From positions 3,596,001-3,660,000 of the forward strand of contig NC_043010.1 in assembly GCF_006345805.1 (NCBI RefSeq): 64,000 nucleotides of DNA. Direction: 5' to 3'. This document shows, piece by piece, positions 37,741 to 52,017 of the stretch (the first letter of the stretch is position 1; every line of letters begins with the position of its first letter). A model generated the notes under the pieces. It was not told the DNA's origin. It searched no databases and worked only from the letters and a program-made list of their open reading frames with translations. Made by a program: the position numbers and the translations under genes. The stretch comes from Octopus sinensis. Its lineage: Eukaryota.

Positions 37741-40226
37741 TAGACCATTACCTTCTAGAGCTTTAAACAAGCAGCCATCCAATAACAAAATATTTAACTT
37801 TGCATATTATTATTTGCTGAAAAATTAGATAATTTTTCTTTGCTAGCAAAATCACTTCCTGATTTGGGTTGAGCATGGAAAATCAGTTTGTCCTAAAAAG
37901 CATGTATGACTATCCAAAATTTTATCAAATGTTGCTAAGTGACTAAAGTACTATTTTACCACCATGCCTTAATTAAATTTACGATAGGGAGGGATAATAC
38001 AGTTACGATGATTTTGAGCTCCTGAATCAAAACTAAAGATGCTTTCGAAAATTGCTTAAAGAAAAGACCAGCATAACCAAAGCTTTACAAATACAACTTT
38101 TCATATAACAATGAGGAAATCATCAATTTCAAAACGATGGCAAGGCTGCATCAAGTTAACACTATTACAATTGCAACAGGTAGTTCTAAAGGACCAAAAT
38201 GAACAGGAATAATACCTGCTTATTTGGACAATTATAATATGTTGCATTTCTGTTGTATTTTGTGTTAACTACTACGTTTTTGTTTACTTGTGGATTACTA
38301 TGTCTCTAACATTTCTTCTAAATGCTCTTTAAATGTATAGGAATCGGAGTGTTGTGCATTCTGTAATTCTTATATTGTTATGTTAATTACTATCAGTAGA
38401 AAAGTGAGATTATTGCATACAGTGCTTGTGTGTTCTGGATTATAGTAGAACAGCTTGCTACTTAATTACAAAAAGCAGATAAAACAACTTCATTAGTTGA
38501 GAAATTCTGAAATGTGTAATTATGTCTATTTTTGGATATTAACTCTTTTCCTTTAGCTTCAACACATTTCTTAATAATTTTGAATAATTCTCTGTAGGAT
38601 TTCATTTAACTGCAGTTAAGCCTCATATAAGCCTGACATGTATGGAATTTAGATAATATTAACTCTCTAAATAGTAATTTTATAATTTGAATTTCTGCAG
38701 GGGGAGAAAAAAAGGAGAGAATCCTGGAAATCTTATTCTTTGCACAACTCACATTGCTCATTCCAATAACCGTTTGGCTTGATTCTATATTTTCTATTCA
38801 GCTACCACATTGCATCATAATTCCCTACTTTCACCTTAATTATGTAAGGCATTAGTAAATATAGAATCAGTTATTATGATAAGTTTTGACATCTGCTCAT
38901 ATGCACTATTGTGCAGCATCAATATAGTGATTCACTTAGCAGTAATGTGGTATGTGCCGAGAAGCTTATGCTTTTCAGTTTCACCATTTTGATACATAGT
39001 GCTACATACATATTTGGGATGAAGAGAGAAAATATACTAAAGGATTAGATATTGTGATTAAATATTTGTGAATGGATGTTGAACTTAAATTATGTTGAAT
39101 TTAAATTCTGATATATGATAATGAATGTATCACATGCATATTAAATTATGCATAATTTACCCTTTATTTTTCGCACTCAGTTATTCTACTAGCGTCTCAT
39201 ATTGATATCATTTCAAAAATTACTATCTTAAGTTGAAAAAAATCAAACTATTTAAGCTTTAGCAGTATATATATATATTCAATATTTGTGTAATATTTAT
39301 GTACGAAATAACAAGAAATAGTTGTAATAAATGTATTGATAGAAGTAAATATAATTCCAGCATATCGATGGTATGATATTGATGATTTTAAATTCCAAGA
39401 GTCAGTGTACAGATGGACTTAGAGAGAATTGCATTAAGCAGCTGAAAATCTAGGTGAGCTAATTATTACAGTTGGTTGCAGGCATACAATTACTGCTGAT
39501 ATGCTGTCAAAACATGACTGATGGTTTCTTTCCAGAGTTTGTACTATATTAGATTTTGGACAAGCAGCTTAACCTTATATCTGACATCTTATGAAACAGA
39601 TTCATTACAAATGTTATACCTAGTAAAATGAAATATATATCAGTCATATTCACCTAAATTTAACACTCCTTGTTCTGTTGATATATTATTTCGTAGCCTA
39701 ATTAGTATTATTAATATGATAATAAAGGAGAGTAATCTGAAAATTATGCATATTTATGTAAAAGGTGTCTGTATTTAGAAATTGAAAAGTATATTCCCAT
39801 ATCCCCTGAGCACACTCTCATATCAGTCACCAATGCTCTCCTTTTTCTCACTATACCTATCCCACTAGTCACTGATACTGTGATTCTTCTCGCTCAACTA
39901 CACATCCAATCATCTCCCTGTTTCTCATATCTGTGTTTTCTTATATACATCATCATATGTTACCACCTCTTCTCCTGACCCACGCCTATTTTCCTTTACC
40001 TTGTTTCGAACAATGATTTGCGACTGACCTCAACTCCACCCATGTTTATCATTCACTGCTTTCACCTCACCTTATTTCTAATTATCTATTACTTATATAT
40101 ACGCATATATAACTATATATGTGTATATATATGTATATCTATATATCTTATTTATATATATATATAAAATTCTCTCACTCTCTATATATATGACTATATA
40201 TCAATATATATAACTATATATGTATT

Positions 40227-40359
<133 letters not shown>

Positions 40360-40367
40360 GTATATAT

Positions 40368-40398
<31 letters not shown>

Positions 40399-40515
40399 GT
40401 ATATATATATATGTATATATATGTATATATATATGTATATATATATGTATATATATGTATATATATATATGTATATATATGTATATATATATGTATGTAT
40501 ATATATGACTATATA

Positions 40516-41700
40516 TCTTCTGCAGCTGACTTACCAGAACTATAGCATTAGTGGTGCTTTTCCCTGGCACGAACCGAAACTGCATCTCATCTAAACTAAC
40601 TCTCTCTCTAATTAGCTGGGCTATGACCCTTTCCGTGACCTTCATTACCTGATCCAACAACTTGATACCTCTATAATTATTTGTATCTAAAGCATCACGT
40701 TTACCTTTGTAGCAGTTGACTATGGTGCTACTACACCAGTCATTGGGTATGACTCCTTCATGTATCACCTGGTTATCTATATGGGTGACTAGGCTAAAGG
40801 CGACACGGCCAGATATTTCCAGCATCCTGTGGTGATTCCTGATGGGCCAGGGGCATTTCCCTGTCTTCATACCCTTAATTGCTTTATCTAACAAGGTACT
40901 GTCAATTCGGATAGCTAGTCCCTCTGTTGGGTCGACATTCAGCAGACTCTCTTTATCCCATTCATTCTCTTTATTGAGCAACCTTTCATAGTGGCTTCTC
41001 CAAACCTCTCTCTTTGCAGCCTCGTTTAGTGCAAGTGAACCATCATCCATGTGGACACATTTCTTTCCTATGGCATCATGATTCTCTCTCACACACTGTC
41101 TTGCAAGAGTCTTTGGTCCTCATGGCACAGAACATCAGCAAAATTTTTCTTATCTGCTTCACCTCTAGCTAAATAAACCTGTCTCCTAGCTTCCCTTCTG
41201 GCAGTCTGATACAATTCCCTGCTACCACTGTTCTTCCATTCCTTCCAAGCATATTTCTTTTCTCTAATAGCCCTGTCAACAACATTGTTCCCCCACCATG
41301 TTACCTTGGGTCAAGAGGGATCTGGTCAGTGGCCCTCAGCAGGTTGTCACATAGAAACCTCCAGTTGTTTCCCACATCATGTGATGCTCTATTCCCTTCT
41401 ATTTCGTCAAAGGCATCGAGTAAATATGTCTCTAAATCTCTGTCCATTCACAGGATCTTTAAGCTTCCAGACCCTTCTTCTCCATGCTTCTGGGCATTCA
41501 TTTAGCCCTGATCCTGGAGTCGCTAACTACTAGTCTATGTTGTGGGGTACATTCTTTGCCTGGGAAGGTTTTGACGCAAGTAAAAGGCATTTACAGGAGA
41601 CTGATTAAAGATATCGTAAGCTCTTACCAACTGTCTGTGGAAAATGTGAAAGAATCGCCTCATGTAATAGAAGCTGAAAGTGGAAATCGTGCTGCTAAAA
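40516..41700 (-). mobile_element. RTE-clade (BovB-like) LINE internal fragment, endonuclease end to RT start
   Basis: VKTFPGKECTPQHRLVVSD, then [58 protein letters not shown]; breaks off into a (TA/TG)n tract. Confidence 0.9.
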
Positions 41701-42614
41701 AGATCAAGTTGTCTCGAAATGACTGGCCTGTCATAAACCCGATCAGAAAGTGTTGTAATAGGGCAAAACATGTCAGAGCGCTTGAACCAAGTAGTTAATT
41801 TTGTGAAAGAATAGGTATGAGTGTGTGCATAAAACTGCTTTATGTTGTAGGGATCAGTGTAACAATTGTGAAGCAAATCTTTCATCAAATGTTTAAATTC
41901 TCAAATGTAATAAATAATAATTTGATAAGCAGTACTTTAATAAGAGAAATTTAGACATTTTAACAGTGATACATATGTTTGGTACACAGTGCACACCTAT
42001 AAGATAATCAAACAAAGGGGGGGGGGCGGAACTAAAGCATTATCAAATTTTTTCAATGTGCTACACTTCGCAAAGGAAGTACCCTAAAAGTATGCTAATT
42101 TTTACAAACTGTGCATTGGATGCGAAGCTGAGTGCAATTGGATAAAAGCTTCAGGTGCTATGTCGAAAAGGACATTTTTTGAGTTGGTTCTTCTTATCTT
42201 GTGCTCAAGCGAAATGGAGTTTCAAAAAACTAATGATGCTATGAAACTCCTTAGATAAAAATGCATAAGTATGTTGATTTTGATCAAAATTGGACAACTT
42301 TTGAAAAAAATCGATGTTGATTAATCGATTTTTCGGGGAGATCCGATATCAATATGAAAAAATCAATAGCGTCACGACCTGTCTCACTCAAAAATGCACC
42401 GATATGTAAAGTTTCAAAAAGAAACGTCGGCTAGTTTCGGAGAAGAATCCGGACAGACAGACACACATACAACCTGTATTTTATAGATAACAATAACTAT
42501 ATACAGGGTGGCCCAATGCATTCTCATATTAGCATTTTAGATCTTAATTATAAAAATCTATGCAAATATTATTCTATGATAATTTGGTTAATTGTAAGAT
42601 AGAAATTTGCCATA

Positions 42615-42850
42615 TAGGTCTCTCAGGTCCATCAGGAGGATATTTAAGATCTGTGGGCCTCTAAAGCTCAGGCTGTTGCAATATCTTGTCTTATATCTTG
42701 ATGGAAAAGTTAGAGTCTTTGTAACTATGTAGTGGCACCCTCTTCTAGCACTAGTGTAACTCTCGATGCCAAAGTTTGTGACAAGTCCCTCTAGGATCTT
42801 CCAGATGTATATTATGACATATCTTTCCCACTTTCTTAACCATGGTATAA
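42615..42850 (-). mobile_element. Fragment of the same CR1-like family
   Basis: Translates as ERYVIIYIWKILEGLVTNFGIESY...RYCNSLSFRGPQILNIL. Confidence 0.75.
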
Positions 42851-43394
42851 AGTCACTTCCCCCGTACTACTCCCTTCCTCATAATTGAGGAGATTTGTCT
42901 TGTAAATTACTTAATCACTCATGCTGGTACCATGTTAAAAGTACCTGGTACACTCTGAAAAATGGTTGGTGTTAGGAAGTGCATCCAGCTAGAGAAGCCA
43001 TGCCAAAGTAGGTACCAGAGTTTGGTGCAGTCCTCTGGCTCACCTGCTCCTGTCAAACCATCCAAATTATATCAGCATGGAAAACAGTCAGTAAATGATA
43101 ATGTGTGTGTGTATAGATTAAAGGTAAAAGGCCAGAATATCATACCTTCACTCCCTACTAGGGCTCATAACATTGCAGCAAGCCTCCTAACCTTAAGAAT
43201 ATTGATGACACCACCTCTATTGCCAACCATAACAAGCTTGCTACCAAGGTCTCCATCCTTGATTTATGCCACTAGCTTGAACCAAAGATATTATCACTGA
43301 TTAGGACTCTAGGCCCCAATAAAGCGAGGAGTGGGGTCAATCTATGTCCCATGACTATTACCAGGCGAAATGTGAGTCAGTAAGCCCTCTGAAT

Positions 43395-43640
43395 GATGGC
43401 CTTCACAAGTGTAACTGCAAAGCCTCTGGAACCTGCCCATTGAATAAGAACTGCATGAAGAAAAATGTAGTGTATAAGCATACTGTTAGTACAAATATCA
43501 CCCTGAGGTACCATGTAGTATCCATGGATGGGTTCATTAAGATAGGATTTCTGTGCATCTACATTCATTTAACAACAACAAATTTGGCTATTCCCTTCTT
43601 TAACCAAATACATATCCAAACTGAAATCAAAGAGAGTGAA
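43395..43640 (+). mobile_element. Penelope-like GIY-YIG fragment of a different family
   Basis: CNCKASGTCPLNKNCMKKNVVYKHTV fits the CNC..CPL..C...VVY motif preceding PLE GIY-YIG domains. Confidence 0.65.
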
Positions 43641-44610
43641 ATTTAAAATCAGATATGCAATCAATGATTTGGCCTTTCCTTACTGACTATCTGGTTAGTG
43701 GTGTACAATTTGCCTACATGAGGCCATCACTATCATTACAGCCAATGGCCCATTTCCACTCAATAAGTGCAACAGTTTAGTTATTAATTGTAGACATAGT
43801 TTGAAATGATTATTTAAAACTTACATATGGTAACCCCAGGTCCCCAAGGCCCCACTCTGAAATACCCACCCTTGTTGCATGCTGATCAGTACCATTGTAC
43901 ACAAAAATATTTGCTTGACTGTGTGTTTGGTTTTGTACATGAGTGTATGACTGTCTCTGTATTGACATGTATGTATGTATGTATGTGTGCACGTGAGTGT
44001 GTGTGCATGTATATATATATATGTATGTGCATATATCACATGTGCCTGTAAATCCTTTGTGGCATGGTCATTTATAACCTTTCCCATACCACGCTTTGCC
44101 CACTTATCTAAATAGCATGACTAACTGCCCAATGGGCTTTCTGTCTGTGCCTGGTATAGATCAGACAACTTGACCTTTTTCTCCATGCTCTTTTTGGTGA
44201 TTTACTCCATATCATATATCCCTTTTGTATCTTGTTTGCATTACTGGCGTCAAAACTCTCTCAAGACACAACAGAACCCCATATCATCTATTCCACTATA
44301 TACACTTGTTGTTACAGATGAGCCTACACTCCTTCCTTTTCTCACTGTGTGCCTTATATCTCTTAGTTATTTAGACAAGATGGCTGCTTGTTTGCGATCT
44401 GTATTTTGATTTCATCTGAAGATGTGTTTTCGTGTTTGTTGAAATGCTCTGTAAACTGCATTTATAATTTGCATCATTAGTGTGGCATCATAAATCATTA
44501 AATACAGAAACATATGTAACGGACGAAAGAAAGGAATATCAAGTTCATTCTTCCTGTTTTTCTTTCATCATTGATGTGCTATTTATACTATGTTATAGCC
44601 TTATTCAAAC

Positions 44611-44893
44611 TGTCGAATCCCGGACCGGGCTGCATGTTGTGTTTTTGAGCAAGACACTTTATTTCACGTTGCTCCAATTCACTCAGCTGTAGAAATGAGT
44701 TGCGATGTCACAGGTACCAAGTTGTATCGGCCCTTGCCTTTCCCTTGGACAACATCGGTGACGTGGAGAGAGGAGGCCGGTATGCATGGGCGACTGCTGG
44801 TCTTCCATAAAACAACCTTGCCCAGACTTGTGCCTCAGAGGGTAACTCACTAGGTGCAAACCCATGGTCAGTGTCTGACCGAAGGGGGTCTCT
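44611..44893 (+). mobile_element. 5'-truncated SINE of a fourth family (B-box remnant plus CORE-like segment)
   Basis: gtcgaatcccgg B-box remnant and ttgagcaagacacttta; its 3' ~130 bp recurs at ~9913-10043. Confidence 0.65.
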
Positions 44894-46121
44894 AATAGAA
44901 CCTTATGGGATCATACGGCAGAGAGAATTTAACATGGTTACTAATAAGTGCCACAACTAAAATGGTAAATTTGTGGCACACTGAGCACATCCATTTCCAT
45001 TATATACACATGCACATACACACACAGACTTTCACACTACACACACACACATATAAACTTACATAAATACATACACACACACTGACATTCATATACACAA
45101 TAAATTACTAGATCTAGATGTACTTGCTGTGTCGTTATGTTTAACATTTGAGCTAAATCATTAGATATTAGATCAACCTAGAAATTACTAATTGTTGCTG
45201 GAAACTTTCTCACCAACAATGATACAGACTAACATTCTCCACACCACATAAAAACAAAGAGCCATGATATCAGTATCTACATTCAGACAGTATTTTAATG
45301 TTACGGTCATGTATCTATTACTCATTATAGTGTATTCATGATCAATGTCTGCATGCAACAAAGAATTAATGTTCTGATGATTGCAAAAGACCTACTCGGG
45401 AAATATTTCACAGGAGATAATTACAATAAATGCACTCCCTCATCAACACCAGTGAAATATAACCTTGAAAGAAAATTTCCAGTATCGGGTCATGCATGAC
45501 TTAATTTACTAAAGACTTTAGCTTGGTACCAGCATTACCAGAGTAGTCTATCCTGGATCACTGACTGCTAATTAATTATTATTTTGAACGATATGTTTTA
45601 TGATCCATGGAGAAGTAGCAATGAAACAATTCATGCACAAAAGCGATGGGGATACAGAAAAATTCACCAGATAGTCTTATTTCTTTTTTTATTTCTTTAA
45701 GAAAGAAGGACAGTACTCTCCTAGTTGCTGACATTAATGTATTTGTAACACTAAGCTGGATCTCAATAAGGTGATGCATACATAGAAATTGTAAAGAGAG
45801 AGAAAGAGAGAGAGAATGGATAAACAAGTAGGAAGAGAGGGTGCAGTTCTTCTGTGAAAGGTTGGGTTATTGTTTAATCTGATGCTTGAGAAATGAAATA
45901 TAGGAAGAATGACAAAGAAGAAGAAGATTATCAGTTTAGCTTGGGTGATAATAGTAAACAGCCTTCTAAACCAGAAGAGTGGTAACCATTGCAGTAATGA
46001 CAGTAATGATAGTAGAAACAGAGAGAATGCATCATATTAGTGGCCTAATGCTTGTAGTAGTTGTGTATAAGTGAGTGAAAATTTACCTCAGCTGAATAGC
46101 CTGTATGTAGATGTGATTTAA

Positions 46122-46331
46122 CCCTTTAGCATTTAAACCGGCCATATCTAACCAAAAGTTTTATGTTCAAACTGGCCAGATCTGGTCTCTCACACCAGCC
46201 CTACAATATCATTTAAAAAATTAACAGCTACCTCATCAACATCTCAAAGCTACAAGAAAAGGCATGATTAGTTCAAAACAATGTGGATAAAAAAGGATTA
46301 ATTTTGGCAGAGTAGTGTGAACACTAAAGGG
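46122..46331. mobile_element. piggyBac-type MITE (210 bp) with TTAA TSD
   Basis: ttaa|ccctttag...ctaaaggg|ttaa; a partial homolog lies in reverse orientation at ~2960-3093. Confidence 0.85.
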
Positions 46332-46540
46332 TTAAATTGTTTGTGAGTATAGGAACTGACTCATCACATATGTATGAGCAGTATTTTAATGAAGGCCACA
46401 TTTGTACTATCCAGAAAGATTAGAAACTGCTCAGATCTCTATAATTTTCTGACTCTAAAGGGAAAGCCGAGTAAATCAATTGTAGTTTTGGCTATATTAT
46501 TAATCTGTGGTCATGATGAAAAGGCCTGTCATTCATAATA

Positions 46541-46783
46541 ATAGTGAATGGTACATTATTTACATTTGATGGATATTTGCCCTCATCTTGTTTGTTGTTA
46601 ACACAATGTTTCGGCTGATATACTCATCAGGTGTCTTGCGGAAATTTTGAACCTGGGTTCTCATTCCTAAGGTATTTTTCAATGCTGTTGTTATTATTAT
46701 TATTCAGGCCACTTCCTGGAATCGAATTCGGAATCTTGGGGTTAGTAGCCCGCACTCTTAACCACCACGCCATATGCCCGTGG
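46541..46783 (-). mobile_element. Standalone tRNA-head + hammerhead-remnant element (family C)
   Basis: Begins at the tRNA-like head (GGGCATATGGCGTGGTGGTTAAG...TTCGATTCC), then (AAT)n, CTGATGA...GAAAC and a tail shared with 52790-53022, 62362-62612 and 63933-64000; no Penelope coding sequence upstream. Confidence 0.8.
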
Positions 46784-47190
46784 ATGGTTTTGTTTTGTTT
46801 TGTTCACAAGAAGCTGTATTCCTGTGTTTCTTAAATATGCATCTCGGTGCAACTGAATAAGAATAGTTTCCCATGTTCCTGTTAGATGATGTTTTGAAGA
46901 TCTTTGTTTATGTTAGTCATGCATGTCTGGAAAGTGGGTGTCTTGGCTGCATATAAATAACACCCGAAGAACAAAGATATTGTAATCAACATTAGATACT
47001 TTTTAGTTAGAAATGACCAAGGGAAAGTCGAATATGTATGTGACCAAGCTTGCTGGGTCACCAGCTGAGAGAAATGTAAGGTTGATAGAGTGAAAAGTAA
47101 AAAAGAGAGTGAACGAGAGAGAGAGAGAGAGAGTGCTGTTAACGTATAGTATTATGGAATAGTCTGACAAACAATATGTATCTAATTGCA

Positions 47191-47581
47191 CTATATATGG
47201 GAAGCACTCCGTCGGTTACAACGATGAGGGTTCCGGTTGATCCGATCAACGGAACAGCCTGCTCGTGAAATTAACGTGTAAGTGGCTGAGCACTCCACAG
47301 ACACATGTACCCTTAACATAATTCTTGGGGATATTCAGTGTGACACAGAGAGTGACAAGGCCGGCCCTTTGAAATACAGGTACCACAGAAACAGGAAGTA
47401 AGAGTGAGAGAAAGTTGGGGTGAAAGAGTACAGCAGGGATCACCACCATCCCTGCCGGAGCCTTTGTGGAGCTTTTAGGTGTTTTCGCTCAATAAACACT
47501 CACAACGCCCGGTCTGGGAATCGAAACCATGATCCTACAACCGCGAGTCCGCTGCCCTAACCACTGGGCCATTGCGCCTCC
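47191..47581 (-). mobile_element. tRNA-derived SINE (~390 bp, resembles the octopus tRNA-Arg-derived OR1)
   Basis: Minus-strand head GGAGGCGCAATGGCCCAGTGGTTAGGGCAGCGGACTCGCGG...GGTTTCGATTCCC with A and B boxes, followed by a CORE-like segment. The family name is tentative. Confidence 0.8.
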
Positions 47582-50433
47582 ATCATCTTTAGCATAGGCA
47601 GCTGATAAAAGTTTTAAATGGTGATGGTAGTGGGGGACAATTCTTCTCTTTCAGTCTGTCCCTTTATCCATCTAGAATTAATGAGCTGTGGTTTGATATG
47701 AAGAGGGATGGGCCTGATCAGCTCCAAAAGTGCCTCAAACATGTATGTCAGTGGTATCCCTCAGACACCATTAGGGTTTGAAAGCCCAAGACAAGAAATA
47801 TACGTACACACTAATATATTTCCAGATATATTCATGAGTTGTACAGGAAGCCTATTCAAGTGTTCAAAAATGAGTCTATGACTCCATTTAATAATTTATT
47901 TTATATTGTATTTTTGAAGACTAGTGGCATTAATTATAGATTTCCAATGAGCCAGTAACTTGTTCTTGGCTTTTTTCTGATGGTGAGAGAGATGAGGAAG
48001 CATATGTGCAAGGTTTTTTTTGTTCAAAAGCAGTAGTCAATTGTTTTCTCACTGATATTTACATCTTTTGGCTAACACACTCACGTGCACTCACGCATGC
48101 ATGTCCGCATGTGCACACACACACACACACACACACACGCACGCATATGTCTTGGTAATAAAAGTTGATGAGGTTGAAATGCATCTTGTGTTCTTGCTGG
48201 ACACTGTTAGGATGATTTTCAACTCCCTCCACTATCGTGTTCTTAAATAGAGCACGTCTTAAGAGATGTTTGCTCTGGATGAATACGGCAATCAACTGGC
48301 TTTCAATAATGTATTTACGTTAAGTATGGTACATGGTCTAGAGAGTCACATGACTTCTTTTCTCTTCCTTTGTGTGGCCACCGCCTTTTCTCTTCCTTTG
48401 TATAGTTTCCCTCTTTTCCCCTATGTATGGTTACACCTAGAATATTTTAGCCCAATGTAGTCTCTCCTACTAAACAAAACATTATGAGAATTGAGGCACT
48501 CAAAGAGCAATTACAAAAACTATAAATGGCATGACTGATTTTGATTATTAGGTCCATCTTAAAACACTGAAAATGTATTCTCTCCAATACTACTGTGAAC
48601 ACTACATCATTTGCATAATGTAGAGGATATACCTCCAGCATTGCCAAAACGACTTAATATCGAATTTGCAATTCACCAAAGGCTAAGACTTCAAACCATA
48701 TTCAGGCTCACAATGCATAACCTCATTGCAAGATAATTACTTTTCCTCGCTGTCTTTACTTTGTTTAATATTGTTTTAAAAACAAATCAAACAGGTATAA
48801 GATCTTATAATGTTCAAATGATAAATGGACAAATTTCTTCAATAAGATACCCGACAAAGTACACCTGGGTGCATCTCTGTCAATAACCACTCCCTACTTG
48901 AATAGCTTTGGAACCACAAAACTTAAAAATTGCTCTACAAATTCAGTCAGGTGGTGTTATTAAGTTACAAATGACCTGGGCCAACTTTGGTGTGAGATTA
49001 AGAAACTTGCTTCCCAACCATGTGGTCTCAAGTTCAGTCGTACTGCATGGCACTGTAGATAAATGTCTTTTTCTATTGTTCTGACCTGATCAAAGCTTTA
49101 TGAGTGTATTTAGAAAGAGGCTTGTATGTGTACATATGTGTATATATGTATATAAGCATATGTGAATGTATGTTTGTGTGTATGTCTCTAAACAGCAGAA
49201 TACGTACACACACATTTCTGCGAATGTTTGTGTCGCGGTGAATGTGTATGTGCGTGAGTGTGTGAGAGTGTATGTATCTGTGTATGTATGTATATATATA
49301 TATATATGTTCTTATAGCTGGGTAACTAGACCATGGATGTTTGTTGACAAATTTATAACTCTACTAGCCAGTGAATTCTATACAGATCCCAGTTCTTTTT
49401 TTTTTTTCTTTAAAAGGCTCTTTTCCTAGACAGTACAGTTATAGGGACATAAACAAAACCAAAATTGATTATCGAACAGTAGACATGAGGGTTCAGACAC
49501 AAAGACTTATGTATACATAATATACATATCAATCTGTCTGTATGTATGTATCTGTAACATGTCTCCACACAGTTTCTGTCTACCAAATTCGAATGGCTCC
49601 ATGCAGTTGCCGAGCAGAAGCCAAGAGACTGGAAAAAGCCACTAGAAAGGGCTCAGTGGTGATGGCATGGGAATATAATTTACTTAAACAGTTTGGGTCA
49701 AGATGGGAAAGAAGGGTGCAATCAACAAAGACTTGGAAGCACATTGCGATCAGCAGTATATAAGAGCATCTAATGATCTGGTTGATACAGTGACAGATAT
49801 GTATATTTGATACTTAGAATTAAAAGCAGAAAAAAAAATATCACAGATAAATCATAATTTAATTACTGGAAATTGGAAAGTGATCAAGTTATGTTCTATC
49901 TGCAAAAAAATTATACATATTTGCTTTTCATTCAAAATACACATTGCTATTGAGGATCATTTTAGATGATTATGTGTATACATGTAAACATCCTCCACTA
50001 GTTTTTCAGGAAGCTTATAACATGTAGGAGTTTAACAACTTATTATTAATTCAACTCTTAGTTACCTTGGATGTATGTCTTTTTATACAGACGTGTATGC
50101 GAATACACACATTACATACCTTTCACCTTTTACTTGTTTTACCTTTTACTTGGACTATGGCCATGCAGAAATAACACCTTGAAGGGTTTTCGTCAAACAA
50201 ATTGCCACCAGTACTAATCTTTCAAAGCCTGGTACTTATTCTGTTGGTTCTTTTCTTGTTGTACCATTAAGATAGAGGGATGTAAACAAACCAACAGTTA
50301 TTGTAAATGCACAAACACACACATACACACATACACACAAACATATATACATACACACACATACATAGATAGACACAAACACATACATGCATACATACAT
50401 ACATATATATGTATATACATACACACACACACA

Positions 50434-51303
50434 CAGGACGCAATGGGTAAATTGTTATCATTTTATATTTTTAATTTCACACATGTGCATTGTTTTTTAT
50501 TTTGTTGACTACACAGTATAGTAGGGTCAGTTGGGCATCGTCTGTGAGAAAAACAGCACTATGACCCAATTGACTCTGCCAGAAATTTGGAAACGACATG
50601 CCATAGTGCTTGGCATTCATGCTGGAAGCTCCAATACAAACATTTCAAAATGTTTAGGTGTAAATCTGAGGACGGTGCAACCTGAGGACATGTACCAAGA
50701 CTGATAAAAATCAAACATCCAGTCAACATCATAATGTGTGAAATGATCACTAGTGATAGCGATGTTATGTCTCTATTCCCTTTCCCACACGGCATCAGAC
50801 TCAACATGGAGGCCTACATCAAGTGCCTGGAGAAGGTAGTGTTGCCCTGGGTCAAGAGGGTGGCTACTAAAGTCTCTATGTCTGACAACAGGACTCTGCA
50901 CCATGCCATACAAGCTTCAAAACCCACATGGCTATCTGACAATTTTTGTGACCACATCACCCCTAACATCTGCCTGCTTAACTCTCCAGATTGCAATCCC
51001 CTTGGTTATTATGTGTGAGCGAAAGATCAACAAAACTGCTTGTAACACCAAAGATGAACTGAAGACAAGGATAATGGCAACATTCATGAACTTAAAGAAG
51101 GAGACCGTCCAGAAGAGTTGCAGGAGATTCTGAAGTCATCTGAAGTCATCGTGGAAGCCAATGGCAATTTTATTGAACAACTTTACTCTTTAGTATTTCA
51201 AATTATTTCTATGTAATTTTGGTAAATATATCTGTCAAAATGAGATGTCAGTGTTATTTTAATTTTTGCGTAATTTAGATGACAGTTTATTCCCCACACC
51301 CTG
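50434..51303 (+). mobile_element. Mariner-like (maT/DD37D-like) element with internal deletion
   Basis: Degenerate TIRs (cagg..taaattgttatc and gatgacagttta..ccctg|ta); KHPVNI, EAYIKCLEKVVLPWVKRVA, NSPDCNPLGYYV and EANGNFIE. Confidence 0.82.
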
Positions 51304-51489
51304 TATGTATGTATATATTTATATAGCTTTACAAAGGGTTTCCACGTAGTTTCCATATTTCAAATTCACTCACAAAGCATTAGTCACCTTGTGATTGCAA
51401 AGTGAGTTTAATATATACTATATATTATAAGTATACTAGTAATATAAAAATATTAAATATAAATGTCGCAATGTGATATGAGAATGACA

Positions 51490-51940
51490 AATATTTTTCT
51501 ATCCTTCCTCAATACCGGTTCCCATATGCTGCTCATATCTGCACTTTGTCTGCTTAGGAGGTTGTTGTGTCCTAGCATATGTGCTGCTTCTTTTAGTTTC
51601 TGTATTTTCCAGTGGTGTTCTCTGTCTATTATTTTAACTTCATCCCACAGGGGGAGATGGTCTCCATTTTTCCATACATGATCAGCTTTATTGGCCTCAT
51701 CCTCTCTCTTCTTCATAATTGGAGTGGATAGTATATTTTTTGTGGTTGTTGCTTAACAGATCGTTATTGAGCTTGATCATTTCTCATGCTGTGTATCACG
51801 ATCACTACTTATATTCTTTGCATGATGTTTAGGTACTGAGCAATCCTTCTCTTTACACTGTATGGATGGTGGGAATTGAAGTTGAGGTACTGTCCAGTAA
51901 AAGTTGGCTTGCAGTATATGGATGTCCTGAATCCATACTT
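51490..51940 (-). mobile_element. Inverted, internally deleted copy of the adjacent Penelope segment
   Basis: Reverse complement of 52018-52273 joined to 52554-52750; 77-bp spacer between the arms. Confidence 0.88.
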
Positions 51941-52017
51941 GGTGCATGTTATTAATGCGGTCAGCAATGCCAGCTGATTGTCTTTTTTTTTTCCGGGACG
52001 TATAAATAACTTGCATG

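Noticed and set aside
45375-45415. CTGATGA...GAAA string resembling a hammerhead core
   Set aside because: The intervening sequence cannot form stem II, and there is no stem I/III support.
46710-46783. tRNA-like sequences here and at the heads of the SINE families
   Set aside because: They have A/B boxes but no proper acceptor stem and continue into repeat bodies; SINE heads, not tRNA genes.
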